Source of the DNA: Patescibacteria group bacterium
GTDB lineage: Bacteria > Patescibacteriota > Patescibacteriia > 2-12-FULL-57-11
DNA length: 64,000 bases
Reading direction: 5' to 3'
Assembly (NCBI GenBank): GCA_004297205.1
Contig: SCUL01000002.1
Location: 381,418 to 445,417 of the forward strand
Below the pieces are notes generated by a model that saw nothing but the letters and a program-made list of their open reading frames with translations, did no database searches and was not told the origin of the DNA. Below are positions 49,930-58,452 of the stretch, piece by piece; position 1 is the first letter of the stretch; each line of letters opens with the position of its first letter. Made by a program: the position numbers and the translations under genes.

Positions 49930-50250
49930 TTACCCGAACGCCGCGAGCTTCTCCCGGAGCGCTGCTTCCTGCTGGACGCCGACCATCTGTTCGACCGCCT
50001 GGCCGCCCTTGTAGATGATGAGCGTCGGAATCGACATGACGCCGTACTTCTGCGCCGTCACCGGATTTTCGTCGACGTTCAGCTTGGCGACCTTGACCTT
50101 GCCGGCGAACTCCCCGGCCAGCTTCTCGACGATCGGCCCGATGATGCGGCACGGACCGCACCACGGCGCCCAAAAATCCACGAGCACGGGTTCCGACGCC
50201 TGGAGCACTTCCTTCTCAAACGTCGCGTCGGTGGCGATCACTTCGGACAT
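49930..50250 (-). CDS. trxA: thioredoxin
   Basis: [15 protein letters not shown]. Confidence 0.96.
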   Translation of the reverse strand: MSEVIATDATFEKEVLQASEPVLVDFWAPWCGPCRIIGPIVEKLAGEFAGKVKVAKLNVDENPVTAQKYGVMSIPTLIIYKGGQAVEQMVGVQQEAALREKLAAFG

Positions 50251-50254
50251 ACGT

Positions 50255-52258
50255 CTATTTGGGTTTATCGAAGACGATCTTGCGGGTCTTCTTTTCCTCT
50301 TTATAGAAGAGCATCGAGTCCCCTTCCGCAAGGGGCGCGGAGGTCTTCACCTTCATGCCGCCTTCGGAACCCATGCGCAGCTCCGGCACTTCCTGCTTGC
50401 CGCTCTGCACCGTCTTGACCTCGCCCTTGGCGAGCGGCTCGCCGCCGCGGCGCGCCTCGAAGGAGAGCCCCTTCACGATGCGGCCGTCCTCGACGCGGCC
50501 GCCGACGATCTGCTCGTCGCGCTCGGTGCGGAAGATCTTCAGGATCAAGAGCCGGCCGAAGTCGGTGCGGACGACCTCCGGGGTCAGCATGCCCTCGAGC
50601 TGGGCGGTCAGGTCGTTGAACAGGTCGTAGATGATCTTGTAGGTCTTCACGGAAACGCCCTTCTCGCGGGCGAGTTCGGCCACCGGCGGCGGCACGAGCA
50701 CGCTGAAGCCGACGACATGGGCGCCCGTCGCTTCGGCGCGCAGCACGTCCGCCTCCGTGATGTTGCCGAGGCCCTTGGAGACGACGTTCAGCCCCACCTC
50801 GGGATGCGAGAACTTTTCGAAGGACACGAGGATCGCCTCGAGCGAGCCGAGCACGTCGGCCTTGATGATGAGCGGCACGAGCTTCTTTTCCTCCGCCTCT
50901 TCCTGAGACGCCTTCTCGACCGTGGCGATCTTCTCGCCGGTGGCGCGCAGCTCGCGCACCCGCTCCAGCTTCTTCCCCGCCTCCGGCACTTCGACGACGT
51001 CACCGACCTGCGGCGCCACGCGGAAGCCGAGGATGCGGACCGGCGTTCCCGGCGGCGCCGAGTCGACGTTCTCGCCGCGGTAGTTCTTCATGGCGCGGAC
51101 CTTGCCGTACGAGTCGCTGCCGATGGCCAGTTCTTCGTTGCGCTTGAGGGTGCCGTTCTGGACGAGCAGCGTGGCCACGACGCCTTCGCCGGGGTTGACG
51201 TGCGACTCGATGACCGTGCCCTGGGCGCGGCGGTTGGGGTTGGCCCGGATCTCGTCGGCTTTGACGTCGGCGACGAGCAGGATCAGTTCCAGAAGTTTGT
51301 CGATGTTCAATCCAGTCTTCGCGGAAATCGGCTGCATCGGAATGTTGCCGCCCCACTCCTCCGGCAGCACGTTCAATTCGGAAAGTTCGCGCTTGACGCG
51401 CTCCGGGTCGGCCTCCGGTTTGTCGACCTTGTTGATGGCCACGACGAACGGGAGTTTGGCCGCTTCGATGATCTTGATGGCTTCCTTGGTCTGCGGCTGG
51501 ACGCCGTCGTCGGCGGCGACGACGAGAATGGCGATGTCGGCGATCTTGGCGCCGCGGGAGCGCATGGCCGTGAACGCTTCGTGGCCCGGCGTGTCGATGA
51601 AGGTGATGAGACGCCCGTTCTTCTGGGTCTGGTAGGCGCCGATGTGCTGGGTGATGCCGCCCGCTTCTCCGGCGGCGACGTCGGCCGAGCGGATGGTGTC
51701 GAGCAGTTTCGTTTTGCCGTGGTCGACGTGGCCCATCACGACGATGACCGGCGGACGCGCCACGAGCGAGCCCTTGGCTTCGGCGCCGACCGCTTCCTTG
51801 ATGATGTCGCCGGTCGACAAGACTTCGGCCGGCTGGTCCCCTTCGGCCAGCGGGCTCACCTGGAAGCCCAAATCCTCGGCCACGATCGAGGCCGTATCGT
51901 AGTCGACGCGCTCGTTCAAGGACGCCAGAATGCCGTTCTTCATGAATTCCTGGATGACGCGGGTCACCGGCAGGCCCAGGCGCGTGGCGAAGTCGCGCAC
52001 TGTGATGACGGGCGGGAGCTGCACCGGTCCGCGCTCCGTGGCCAGCTTCTTGAGTTCGGCGGCGGCCGCTTCCTTGGCGGCGGCGCGCTTCTTCTCCAGC
52101 AGCTGGGCGATCTGCGGCCAGGACTCCATGACCTTCTTGGCGGTGCGGTCGTCGATCTTGATGGCGCGCCGTCCCACGTCGAAGCCGGCGTCGGGCAGAA
52201 TGCCGCGCAGGTCCTCGGGCGTGACGCGCAATTTGCGGGCCAGTTCGGTGACGTTCAT
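50255..52258 (-). CDS. infB: translation initiation factor IF-2
   Basis: [41 protein letters not shown]. Confidence 0.97.
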   Translation of the reverse strand: MNVTELARKLRVTPEDLRGILPDAGFDVGRRAIKIDDRTAKKVMESWPQIAQLLEKKRAAAKEAAAAELKKLATERGPVQLPPVITVRDFATRLGLPVTRVIQEFMKNGILASLNERVDYDTASIVAEDLGFQVSPLAEGDQPAEVLSTGDIIKEAVGAEAKGSLVARPPVIVVMGHVDHGKTKLLDTIRSADVAAGEAGGITQHIGAYQTQKNGRLITFIDTPGHEAFTAMRSRGAKIADIAILVVAADDGVQPQTKEAIKIIEAAKLPFVVAINKVDKPEADPERVKRELSELNVLPEEWGGNIPMQPISAKTGLNIDKLLELILLVADVKADEIRANPNRRAQGTVIESHVNPGEGVVATLLVQNGTLKRNEELAIGSDSYGKVRAMKNYRGENVDSAPPGTPVRILGFRVAPQVGDVVEVPEAGKKLERVRELRATGEKIATVEKASQEEAEEKKLVPLIIKADVLGSLEAILVSFEKFSHPEVGLNVVSKGLGNITEADVLRAEATGAHVVGFSVLVPPPVAELAREKGVSVKTYKIIYDLFNDLTAQLEGMLTPEVVRTDFGRLLILKIFRTERDEQIVGGRVEDGRIVKGLSFEARRGGEPLAKGEVKTVQSGKQEVPELRMGSEGGMKVKTSAPLAEGDSMLFYKEEKKTRKIVFDKPK

Positions 52259-52267
52259 GCGTGGGCC

Positions 52268-52296
52268 ACTCTACCCGCGCAGACGAGTAACGTCAA
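52268..52296 (-). promoter_or_regulatory. infB promoter embedded in the 3' end of the RT gene
   Basis: TTGACG-N17-TAGAGT; TAG of the -10 box is the RT stop codon. Confidence 0.6.
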
Positions 52297-53344
52297 CGTG
52301 CCGCTCCCAGACCTTATGTCGTAGGGTCCGGGACAAGAATTGGGCATCGGCGTGGACGCACAATCCCATATAAGAACTGAGGTTTTCGATGGTGGCGCGG
52401 CGCAGCATCCGTTTCGCCGTTTTCGTCCGAAGCACCGTCGCGTGCGGCAAAAGCACGTATCCGACGAAGTCGATGCCTTGCGTCCATGTGCGGACGACGA
52501 CCTTCCCGGGATGCAAGGTGAGCTTCAATCGTTCGGATAGGAAGCTGTTGATGCGCGTCGCCTTTGCCTGCGCATCCGCTGGGGATGCCGCGAGAGACAC
52601 GAAGTCGTCGCAGTAGCGCAGGTAGTGGCGGAGTCGGAGCTCGTGTTTCACGAAGCGGTCGAGTTCGTGGAGGTAGACGTTGGCGAACAGCTGCGACGTG
52701 AGATTGCCGAGCGGAATCCCTTTTCCGGGAGCATCCGAAAAACTGCCGATGATGTTCCCGAGAAGTCGAAGGATGCGCTCGTCGCCGATCCGCAGACGCA
52801 GCAAGTCTGCAAGAATGCCGTGGTCGACGGACGCAAAGAACTTCCGGATGTCGCACGTGAGGGCGTAGACGGTCCGCGTATTGTTGAAACTGGCTTGCCG
52901 GAGAAATGTACGCAACCGAGCTACGGCGGCGTGCGTCCCCTTTCCGACACGGCAGGAGTAACTGTCAAAGATGAAACGCGGCTCAAAAAGCGGATCGATC
53001 ACGTTCATGGCCGCCTGGTGCACGACGCGGTCGCGGACGTTCGCCTTGTGGATCGAGCGCTGCTTGGGGTCGAAGACGGTGAACGGATGATACGGACCGT
53101 GCGTGAAACGGCCGTTCGCGAGATCGTCGTGCAACAAAAAGAGATTGTCCTCAAGGTGCCGCTCGAATACCATGACGTCATGGCGAGAGCGTTTGCCTTT
53201 CCGGAACCGTTCCCAGGCAAGGAACAGATTCTCAAGCGAGCACAGCCGCTCAAACAATCCTTGTTCTCCATGAGTTACCCCCCCCCGACGCAAATTTGAA
53301 CCGCAGAACCAGTTGCCGGGCGGCCCGACGGACATTCCGATCAT
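52271..53344 (-). CDS. DGR reverse transcriptase (start uncertain; see findings)
   Basis: SLENLFLAW, DPKQRSI, RDRVVHQA, DSYSCRVGKGTH, DIRKFF, GIPLGNLTSQLFAN (SQ motif), RYCDD, GIDFVGY. Confidence 0.93.
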   Translation of the reverse strand: MIGMSVGPPGNWFCGSNLRRGGVTHGEQGLFERLCSLENLFLAWERFRKGKRSRHDVMVFERHLEDNLFLLHDDLANGRFTHGPYHPFTVFDPKQRSIHKANVRDRVVHQAAMNVIDPLFEPRFIFDSYSCRVGKGTHAAVARLRTFLRQASFNNTRTVYALTCDIRKFFASVDHGILADLLRLRIGDERILRLLGNIIGSFSDAPGKGIPLGNLTSQLFANVYLHELDRFVKHELRLRHYLRYCDDFVSLAASPADAQAKATRINSFLSERLKLTLHPGKVVVRTWTQGIDFVGYVLLPHATVLRTKTAKRMLRRATIENLSSYMGLCVHADAQFLSRTLRHKVWERHVDVTRLRG

Positions 53345-53666
53345 CCATACACTCTACGACGCTTATACGGCGTGGCATCATCTCCTGTTGAAGTTTCCCA
53401 AGTCGCAACGCTACACCCTCGGTGAGACCTGTGACCGGCAGCTATTGCAGACGCTCGAGCTGGTCCTCGGTGCGGCATCCGTCCGAGAGCCGGACACGAA
53501 GCTGGATCGTCTGCGCGAAGCAAGCGCAAAAGTCGACATCCTCAAGCTGCTGATCCGCTTGTCGAAGGATTGTTCTTGCACCTCCAACCAACAATACCTC
53601 GACATGCAATCCCGGCTCCAGGAGGTCGGCAAGATGCTCGGCGGTTGGATGAAATCCATTTTCTGA
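53313..53666 (+). CDS. avd: DGR accessory variability determinant Avd (likely true ATG 53270 is frameshifted by a C9 tract)
   Basis: DIPII, FPKSQRYTLG, LKLLIRL, EVGKMLGGW four-helix-bundle pattern, next to RT and TR. Confidence 0.88.
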   Translation: MPGGPTDIPIIHTLYDAYTAWHHLLLKFPKSQRYTLGETCDRQLLQTLELVLGAASVREPDTKLDRLREASAKVDILKLLIRLSKDCSCTSNQQYLDMQSRLQEVGKMLGGWMKSIF

Positions 53667-53668
53667 AT

Positions 53669-53696
53669 CAAAGGCCCGGCCGAAGCCGGGCCTTTG
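53669..53696. other. perfect 12-bp hairpin between avd stop and TR 3' end
   Basis: Minus strand CAAAGGCCCGGC-TTCG-GCCGGGCCTTTG (cUUCGg loop). Confidence 0.85.
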
Positions 53697-53704
53697 CTAC
53701 GAGA

Positions 53705-53840
53705 ACTCCCGCAGGGCGGGAACCGAGTAGTTCGAGTTGTCGTTGCTGTGCCAGTTGGCGTTCAACTTCACCTGCTCGTTGTCGGAGTTGAAGTTGACGT
53801 ACGGCACGTTCTGCCAATCCACCTCGTCCTTATCGGGAAC
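53705..53840 (-). repeat. DGR template repeat (TR)
   Basis: Ungapped 136-bp match to 54193-54328; 36 adenines, 9 Asn codons in the VR frame. Confidence 0.95.
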
Positions 53841-54110
53841 CGTCCAAAAGTACGTCCGTGCCTTCCAGACCACCGGACACGGACGCATCCATGTCCTGTA
53901 TTTTATGCGGAATCCAATGGGTTGATCCCCGATTCCAAGCACAGACGCGGAGTACTCATCGGCCGCGGCGCACGCTCCGACGATTCATCGACCGTCGGAC
54001 TCTGGCGTCATATGCGGCGATAAGGGATTTCGGCGACCGACGTCCCTGCCTGCAGGCAGGCGGGCGTGAACGACGATACATGAGCCTAGTCTCCATGCCG
54101 ATCATAACAA

Positions 54111-54192
54111 AAAAAGAACGGGGCTCCCACACGCCAAGGTCCGAAGACCAAGTTGTGTGAAAGCCCCAAGGGACCAAGTATCAAGTCCCTTC
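54111..54192 (-). terminator. two hairpins and T-tract just downstream of VR
   Basis: AAGGGAC-N10-GTCCCTT then GGGGCTTTCACAC...GGTC-TTCG-GACC...GTGTGGGAGCCCC followed by GTTCTTTTTTT. Confidence 0.7.
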
Positions 54193-55039
54193 ACTCCCGC
54201 AGGGCGGGAACCGAGTAGTTCGAGCTGCCGTTGCTGTGCCAGTCGGCGCTCAACAACACCCGCTCGCGGCCGGAGTCGAAGCTGACGTACGGCACGTCCT
54301 GCCAATCCACCTCGTCCTCAGCGGGAACGTTGATCTCGTACCCGGCCGCGAACATGCCGGGGACCTCGTCGTAGTCGATGGCCCGGACGATCTCCGGGAA
54401 CATCCACGCGACGACGAGCATCTCGTCGGCCGGCGACGACTTCTTGCTCCGGACGCGCTCGATGCTCGGCCGCTTGCGGTGGGCGTCGAGGTCGAGCACG
54501 ACCCACTCGACGACGGGCTTGTGCGAGTCGTTGCCCGCGAGGAGCCGGAGGCGCTCGACGGGATCGCTCCCGAAGCGCTTCTGGAGCTTCGCGTCGTTGC
54601 CCGTGTAGGGCGACGGGGCGGAGCGCAGATGCTCCCAGCGCCAGAACTTCGCGCTGGTGAAGACGCGCCGGATCTCGCTAGCGTGGGCCTCGAAGGTCTT
54701 TTGGACCCCCGGGGTTCCCTCGCCGATGCGGATTCGGAGCGAGCGCACGCAGAGGGCTCCCTCTGGCCACTCGGGCGCGCTCTGGGCGAGCTTCTCGAAG
54801 ACCTCGTCTCCGAAGCCCCAGCCGCCCGCCTCGCTCGCCGCCTTGAAGCGGCTGAGCTGCTCGTCGACCGAGAGGATGAAGGCGTTGACCTCCGGCGCCT
54901 CGAGCGTCTCGCGCATCTTCGCGGCGAGACGCGGGTCGCCATTCACCCGGCGGATCAGCTCGGCGCTGAACCCCGCCTTGTGGATGACCCGCTTGAACTC
55001 ATCGAACTCACCGACTCCCAGATCGAAAAGGCTGGCCAT
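54191..55039 (-). CDS. DGR target (variable) protein, 282 aa, C-terminal VR
   Basis: AGGAGG SD 9 nt before ATG 55039; last about 45 codons are the VR. Confidence 0.9.
   Translation of the reverse strand: MASLFDLGVGEFDEFKRVIHKAGFSAELIRRVNGDPRLAAKMRETLEAPEVNAFILSVDEQLSRFKAASEAGGWGFGDEVFEKLAQSAPEWPEGALCVRSLRIRIGEGTPGVQKTFEAHASEIRRVFTSAKFWRWEHLRSAPSPYTGNDAKLQKRFGSDPVERLRLLAGNDSHKPVVEWVVLDLDAHRKRPSIERVRSKKSSPADEMLVVAWMFPEIVRAIDYDEVPGMFAAGYEINVPAEDEVDWQDVPYVSFDSGRERVLLSADWHSNGSSNYSVPALRE
54193..54328 (-). repeat. DGR variable repeat (VR)
   Basis: 15 differences from TR, all at TR A: 11 A>G, 2 A>T, 2 A>C; 3'-most 32 nt identical. Confidence 0.95.
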
Positions 55040-55121
55040 GTGGCACACCCTCCTATGCCGCTCGGCTGACCGCATCCGGGAACCGCCCCGGAATTGGCTC
55101 ACCTCCAAAAAGCGACGATGA

Positions 55122-55150
55122 AACATATCATAAAAATCTGTGATTGTCAA
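55122..55150 (-). promoter_or_regulatory. promoter of DGR target gene
   Basis: TTGACA-N17-TATGTT with extended TG. Confidence 0.75.
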
Positions 55151-55191
55151 GCATCGAAAGGCGATCCTAAAGGTGCTATGCTATCTGCCCC

Positions 55192-55929
55192 ATGCAGGCT
55201 GCTCCCTCCGGATTCCTGGCCATCGACAAGCCCGCGGACTGGACGTCGCACGACGTCGTGGCCAAGCTCCGACGCATCACCGGCGTGAAGACGATCGGAC
55301 ACGCCGGCACGCTCGACCCCTTCGCCACGGGGCTGCTCATCGTCGGCGTCGGACGCGCGGCCACCAAGCGCCTCTCCGAGTTCCAAAAACAGGAAAAAGA
55401 ATACCTGGCCACGGCCCGCTTCGACGGGTCGAGCGACACGGATGACGTCACAGGAACCGTCACGCTGGCCGCGGGTGACGCGGAGCCAGGGCTCCCGACG
55501 GCGCGCAGCGAAGCGAGCACCGGCGGGATGGCTGAGCGGCAGGACCCGCGGCCGCGTGTCATCGAGGCATTCGCAGCGGAGGTCGGCACGCGGATGCAGA
55601 CGCCGCCTGCCTACTCGGCAAAAAAGATCGGCGGCAAAAAGATGTACGACTTGGCGCGCGCCGGAACCCCGGTCGAAGCCAAGCCTGCCGAGATCACCAT
55701 CCGCGACATCACGGTCACACGCGTCGCCTGGCCGGAGGTGGACTTCCGGATCGTCTGTTCGACGGGCACCTACGTACGCGCCGTGGCCCGGGATGTCGGC
55801 AAACGCCTCGGTGCCGGCGGCTACCTGACCGCCTTGCGCCGCACACGGAGCGGCGACAAAAACGTTTCGGATGCAGTGCCTCTTGAACAGCTCGCGCCCG
55901 GCACGTGGAAAACCTATCTATGGAAATAA
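55192..55929 (+). CDS. truB: tRNA pseudouridine(55) synthase
   Basis: [50 protein letters not shown]. Confidence 0.95.
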   Translation: MQAAPSGFLAIDKPADWTSHDVVAKLRRITGVKTIGHAGTLDPFATGLLIVGVGRAATKRLSEFQKQEKEYLATARFDGSSDTDDVTGTVTLAAGDAEPGLPTARSEASTGGMAERQDPRPRVIEAFAAEVGTRMQTPPAYSAKKIGGKKMYDLARAGTPVEAKPAEITIRDITVTRVAWPEVDFRIVCSTGTYVRAVARDVGKRLGAGGYLTALRRTRSGDKNVSDAVPLEQLAPGTWKTYLWK

Positions 55930-55997
55930 ACATCGGCTGGGTCGTCTTCGGCATCTTCGCCATGGCCGGCGTTTGGGTGTGGTACGCGACGGCATAA
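55920..55997 (+). CDS. putative 25-aa membrane peptide
   Basis: [25 protein letters not shown] overlapping truB end, TATG start context. Confidence 0.4.
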   Translation: MEINIGWVVFGIFAMAGVWVWYATA

Positions 55998-56073
55998 AAA
56001 AAGCACCGCCCGGAGCATCGCACGAATGCGACGCTCACGGGCGGGTCCGACTCGACCACGGGCGGACCGGTGA

Positions 56074-58176
56074 TCAGTCGTTATCTTCCGACGTGGTGAC
56101 CGCGGCCGGGGAAGACTCCGGCTGCGAAGGCTGGTTGCGCTCACTGAGACGACGCTCGGTCGCCGCGGCTCTCGCCTCCAGCTTGAGCTCCTCGATCCGC
56201 TGGTAGACCGGCGCGATGAGCCGCTTGACGCGGATCCGCTTCTCCTGCAGGAGACGCTCCGTGATCTCGGCGCTGGCCTTCATGCCGATCTCGATGGCCT
56301 CGATGAGGATGCGGACCGGCATGGTCCAGAGCGGCATCTCCTGGTTCGTCTTGAAGTAGTTTCCGTAGACCGTCCGGAACTCCGGCAGGTAGTCGACGGC
56401 GACCACGTCGCGGGTGCCCGGGAGCTGCGCCCTCATGTTGCGCGCCTCGGTGCCGGGATCGTCGATCTGAGCCGCGCCCTGCTGGTCGAGCCAGCGGGCG
56501 TGGCGGCGGCGGATGGCGGAAGCGACCCGGGTGAGGTCGATGCCGTTGCCCGCGAGCGTGAAGTGGTAGCTCACGATCTTGCCGTCCGGACCGCGCGTCA
56601 CGTCGCGCAGCTGGAGCGAGATCATCGCCGCCGCGTACTTATACGACGCCTCACGCGCGATGTGGTAGGACACCGCAGGACCCTTCAGGGCGCGGGCCAG
56701 CGCGAGCTGCTGCTTCCTGCTGTGGTGGGTGCGGCAGCACGGGCCGAAGCTGTTGCTGTTGCTCTCACCGATCACGAGATGGACCTTGCCGAGGAAGCCG
56801 TGGAACGGCCACCCGGCGATCGACATCTCCTGCTTGGCGAAGACGAAGGGCTTGCCGTCGTTCAACGGCCGCACCTCCGCCTTCTCCCAGTCGGCGTTGG
56901 CCTGTTCCCAGGCCGCCTGGCGCGCCGCCCGGGCCTCCTTCTCGATCTCTCTGAAGCGATCGTGGAAGGCCGTGATGCGGCTGCCGCGCTCACGCGCGTT
57001 CTGGAGGCTGGTGACGAGCAGCTGCTGCTCCTCGCCCGCCGTCATCGGCGTGCCGCTCTTGGTGGCCTCCTTCAGCAGGTAACGCACCTCGGCCGTGGCT
57101 TCCGCCTGGAGGTCCGCGTCGGTCGGGGCGCGCAGGTTGGCCAGGATCGTCTCCATGGTCAGGACCTGCTTGCGCACCGCGCGGAAGCTCTGGATGATGC
57201 TCGCGTCGTCCTGCTCGATCTCGTCCTGCTTGGCGAGCAGGAAGGCCTCCGCCGCGTCGAACGCGACGAAGAGGTAGTCGAGGATCTCCTCGGAACTCAG
57301 ACCGAGTTCGAGAAGACCATTCAGGAAGTCACGGATGTTGTACCCCTCCGCCACGCGCTCTCCGGTCAGGTCGTTATTGATGACCATCTCGAAGAGCGGC
57401 ACGAGGTGGATGAGGGCCGGGATGTACTCGATCACCGAAGTGATGAGCAGGTGGAGGGAGGACACGGTGTTGCGTCCCTTGTTCTCCTCCCGGCCGTGCT
57501 GGTCGAGGAGCCCGCCGCCTCCGCCGCAATCGACGAAGAGGTGTCCGTGGTCCTCGAGATGCCTGGCCGTCAGGAACGGCTTCGGCACGCTCTGAAGCGA
57601 GGCCGGTGCCGCCTCCGCGGTGAGCTCGCCGCTCTTCACGCACTCGATGTGGACATCGGGCGCGATGTTGAAGCGGCTGCGCAGCTCGGGCTTCCGGACG
57701 AGGAGCCAGGCCATGCAGGCCGCCTCCACGTCGATGTTGGTGTGGGGATGGAGCACCCCGATCTGCTTGACAGGCCTGTAGAAGCCCGCCCGCTGTTCGA
57801 CCATCCACTCGACATCCTTGCGGAAGACCTTGGCCATGGCCGCGATCATCTCCTGCTCGGACCGGTCGTGGATGTGGATCTCGCGCAGCAGTGCGCGCTC
57901 CTTTCCGAGCGGATCCTCCAGCTCTGCTTCGGCCTGCGCCCGCTCGTCCTCAAGCTCAGCGCTCCGCACCCGCTTGGCCTTGGACGGGCCGAACATGGCG
58001 ACCGTGATGCGGTGAGCGATACGCTCGATCGGATCGAGCGGCTTGCGGGCCGCCGGATTCTTCACCGGCGCGGCCGTCTCCGTCACCTCCGCCGTCTCCG
58101 GCGGCTGTGCCGGGACGGGCTGGATGTGGACGGACTTCGCATTCTGCGTCGTGAGACGCTCGACAAGTGCCTTCAT
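56074..58176 (-). CDS. 700-aa protein with MYG1/DHH-like phosphoesterase motifs
   Basis: AAGGAGGAG SD; LHPHTNIDVE, FVDCGGGGGLLDQH, INNDLTG. Confidence 0.6.
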   Translation of the reverse strand: MKALVERLTTQNAKSVHIQPVPAQPPETAEVTETAAPVKNPAARKPLDPIERIAHRITVAMFGPSKAKRVRSAELEDERAQAEAELEDPLGKERALLREIHIHDRSEQEMIAAMAKVFRKDVEWMVEQRAGFYRPVKQIGVLHPHTNIDVEAACMAWLLVRKPELRSRFNIAPDVHIECVKSGELTAEAAPASLQSVPKPFLTARHLEDHGHLFVDCGGGGGLLDQHGREENKGRNTVSSLHLLITSVIEYIPALIHLVPLFEMVINNDLTGERVAEGYNIRDFLNGLLELGLSSEEILDYLFVAFDAAEAFLLAKQDEIEQDDASIIQSFRAVRKQVLTMETILANLRAPTDADLQAEATAEVRYLLKEATKSGTPMTAGEEQQLLVTSLQNARERGSRITAFHDRFREIEKEARAARQAAWEQANADWEKAEVRPLNDGKPFVFAKQEMSIAGWPFHGFLGKVHLVIGESNSNSFGPCCRTHHSRKQQLALARALKGPAVSYHIAREASYKYAAAMISLQLRDVTRGPDGKIVSYHFTLAGNGIDLTRVASAIRRRHARWLDQQGAAQIDDPGTEARNMRAQLPGTRDVVAVDYLPEFRTVYGNYFKTNQEMPLWTMPVRILIEAIEIGMKASAEITERLLQEKRIRVKRLIAPVYQRIEELKLEARAAATERRLSERNQPSQPESSPAAVTTSEDND

Positions 58177-58377
58177 GGGACACTCCTCCTTGCTCCTTGC
58201 GGAGCGCATGGCCTTTCGGCCCAGATCACTCAAACACAGGCCCCATCCACCATGGCGGGCCACGAACCCTGGAAACCGCAAAGATTCCCACGGTTCGTGA
58301 CCCGCCGTCTTTTCCTTGAATTTTCAAGGTTCCAGGCCTTCCCCAGTTGGCACGACTGGCCATTGAGAAGACATGTC

Positions 58378-58406
58378 TTTATATCAGAAAAGAAGCGTTT
58401 TGTCAA
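58378..58406 (-). promoter_or_regulatory. sigma70-type promoter
   Basis: TTGACA-N17-TATAAA with extended TG. Confidence 0.75.
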
Positions 58407-58452
58407 GACTGCAATAGAGCCATTTTGGCCGTATTGAGGCGAAAAAAAGAGC

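Larger units (their letters stand above)
52271..55150 (-). mobile_element. diversity-generating retroelement (target+VR, TR, avd, RT)
   Basis: RT plus Avd-like gene plus 136-bp TR/VR pair whose 15 mismatches are all at TR adenines. Confidence 0.96.

Noticed and set aside
52271-53344. RT as a group II intron, retron or CRISPR-associated RT
   Set aside because: It is short with no maturase/endonuclease extension, has the SQ motif, and lies beside Avd and an A-specific TR/VR pair.
53697-53942. 81-aa ORF resembling the target's C-terminus
   Set aside because: It is the TR read in the VR frame; TRs act as RNA templates and there is no convincing start signal.
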